From NCBI GenBank assembly GCA_037447605.1, contig CM074810.1, forward strand, positions 964,880 to 1,028,879: a stretch of 64,000 nucleotides of DNA, written 5' to 3'. The position numbers and the translations under genes are program-made. This DNA comes from Zygnema circumcarinatum SAG 698-1b (taxonomy: Eukaryota > Plantae > Zygnematophyceae). Within the stretch, counting starts at the first letter, position 1; every line of letters begins with the position of its first letter. Below the pieces are notes generated by a model. It was not told the DNA's origin. It was given only the letters and a program-made list of their open reading frames with translations, and did no database searches. Below, one piece after another: positions 62,901 through 64,000 of the stretch.

Positions 62901-64000
62901 CCAAGTATAACAGCTGCATAGTCTTCCGTACACTTTGTTCTCCCTCAGCTCTAGGGGATGAGCTGCTGTGACTACGCGGCAGGCTGCATGAACAGAACAA
63001 AGGAACCTTTCAAGTCGTGAAGTCCTATCTTGTTTCCTATCCCTCCATTCAAACTCATCTATGCAGTCTAAACGCAGACTGCATACAACTTTCGATCCAT
63101 TCCATAATCTAGGACAATACAACTGACTTCTGAGGTCTCATTACCAGAGACCACCACAGATATCGAGTTAAGAAGCTCTATGTGTTTATGGATATTCCCT
63201 TCTCGTATATATTAGCCACGTTAAGACCCAGTAACCATCGAAACGTTCTGCTCTATGCGTCCCACACTCAGTTACATTCACAAGGTGATCCCAAAATCCT
63301 CCGATCCCTGTGTCATGTAGGCTCTGTGAGATTCATCCACAGATCCTTTAGTAAATCAATCAGCCTGTCTACAATTCATTGGCTGGGTAGTCAATTCACC
63401 GAATGAAAAAAGCATGTTCGTTCTGTTCCAGCGCATTGGGTTTATAAGTCTAGTACTTTCTTCTGGTGGCAATGAAGGAAATTACCAAAAATAGGATACT
63501 CTGAAGGTAATTCAGATTATTTTGTACTTTTACCATCCAACTCTCTCTAGAAGAAGCCAGGATAAGGCATAATCTAGGTGATTGGCATCATTATTAAAAC
63601 AAAGTAAATCATTTGATAAGTTGACCGGTGGTGATACACATCAGTATCAAACCAAAATAGATTATTCAAGAAGAAACTTCCTCAAATCCTCTGTAAGGCG
63701 CTTCTAGAGGGCGCAGCCAGCGATAAAAAAAAAGGGGCCAGGAAGGGAGAGAAAGAGTAGAAATGAGGCTGACCCTGACGGTGCGTCTCGCAGGCTGCTT
63801 CGAGAGCGCAGCATAATAGGCGCCACAGGTGGTGGAAACCCTGTCCTTGCCCTGAAGCTGAATGACAGGTCATCTTCATCCGGTTCATTGACGTCACGAC
63901 GAGTCTCAACTCGGAACCTGGACGAGAGACTCTTCTCTGCGGAGTCATCCCATACGTAAGATTGCGAGGTCAAGAGAGGCTCGGAAGCTAAGCTCTCTTC
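59952..64000 (-). CDS. DUF3537 multi-pass membrane protein; 5' end beyond the window
   Basis: Exons encode ASWIFETTTYLFVCVIFWKVCTLQ, LSIISHRFRLFL, CLKSASKIAHLHRRI and AVAVNYLANTTAGISVYGFVLDRSFVHT. The frame is open at the window edge. Confidence 0.85.
62017..62184 (-). repeat. ~170-bp dispersed intronic element, copy 2 (copy 1 at 1293-1464)
   Basis: Reverse-complement match to 1293-1464; lies ~40 nt upstream of a DUF3537 acceptor site. Confidence 0.9.

Overview
Intron-rich nuclear DNA of a green-plant lineage. A streptophyte alga is the best fit, inferred from plant-type gene families, TTTAGG(G) repeats, an intron-free mitochondrial nad2 with no apparent need for RNA editing, and GA/CT-microsatellite-rich introns. 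The window opens with about 1 kb of mitochondrial nad2 (a NUMT or a mis-join) abutting the 3' half of a nuclear gene. About 12 spliced nuclear genes follow: NT-C2/dilute-like (partial), rubredoxin-like, TOM5 (hidden from the ORF track), DUF1350, WAV2/ABHD13 hydrolase (with a U12-type intron), alpha-tubulin, a small TM protein, a CAAX/CPBP protease, a large disordered orphan, a RING-PHD protein, a BAP31-like protein, an F-box/kelch protein and a DUF3537 protein. The strongest oddity is an accessory island at about 37.9-41.05 kb. It holds a decayed RRM gene, an inverted decayed copy of that gene's last exon, and a GC-rich intronless 571-aa orphan ORF. A 28-29-bp motif precedes the ATG of that ORF and also a divergent ATG about 590 bp away, whose frame is cut off after three codons by telomeric repeats. 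The second oddity is three small exons encoding an MRG-type chromo-barrel (Tudor-knot) domain that splice in frame onto the RING-PHD protein, an architecture I do not recognise. All gene models were built by eye, and family assignments come from recalled motifs, not from searches.
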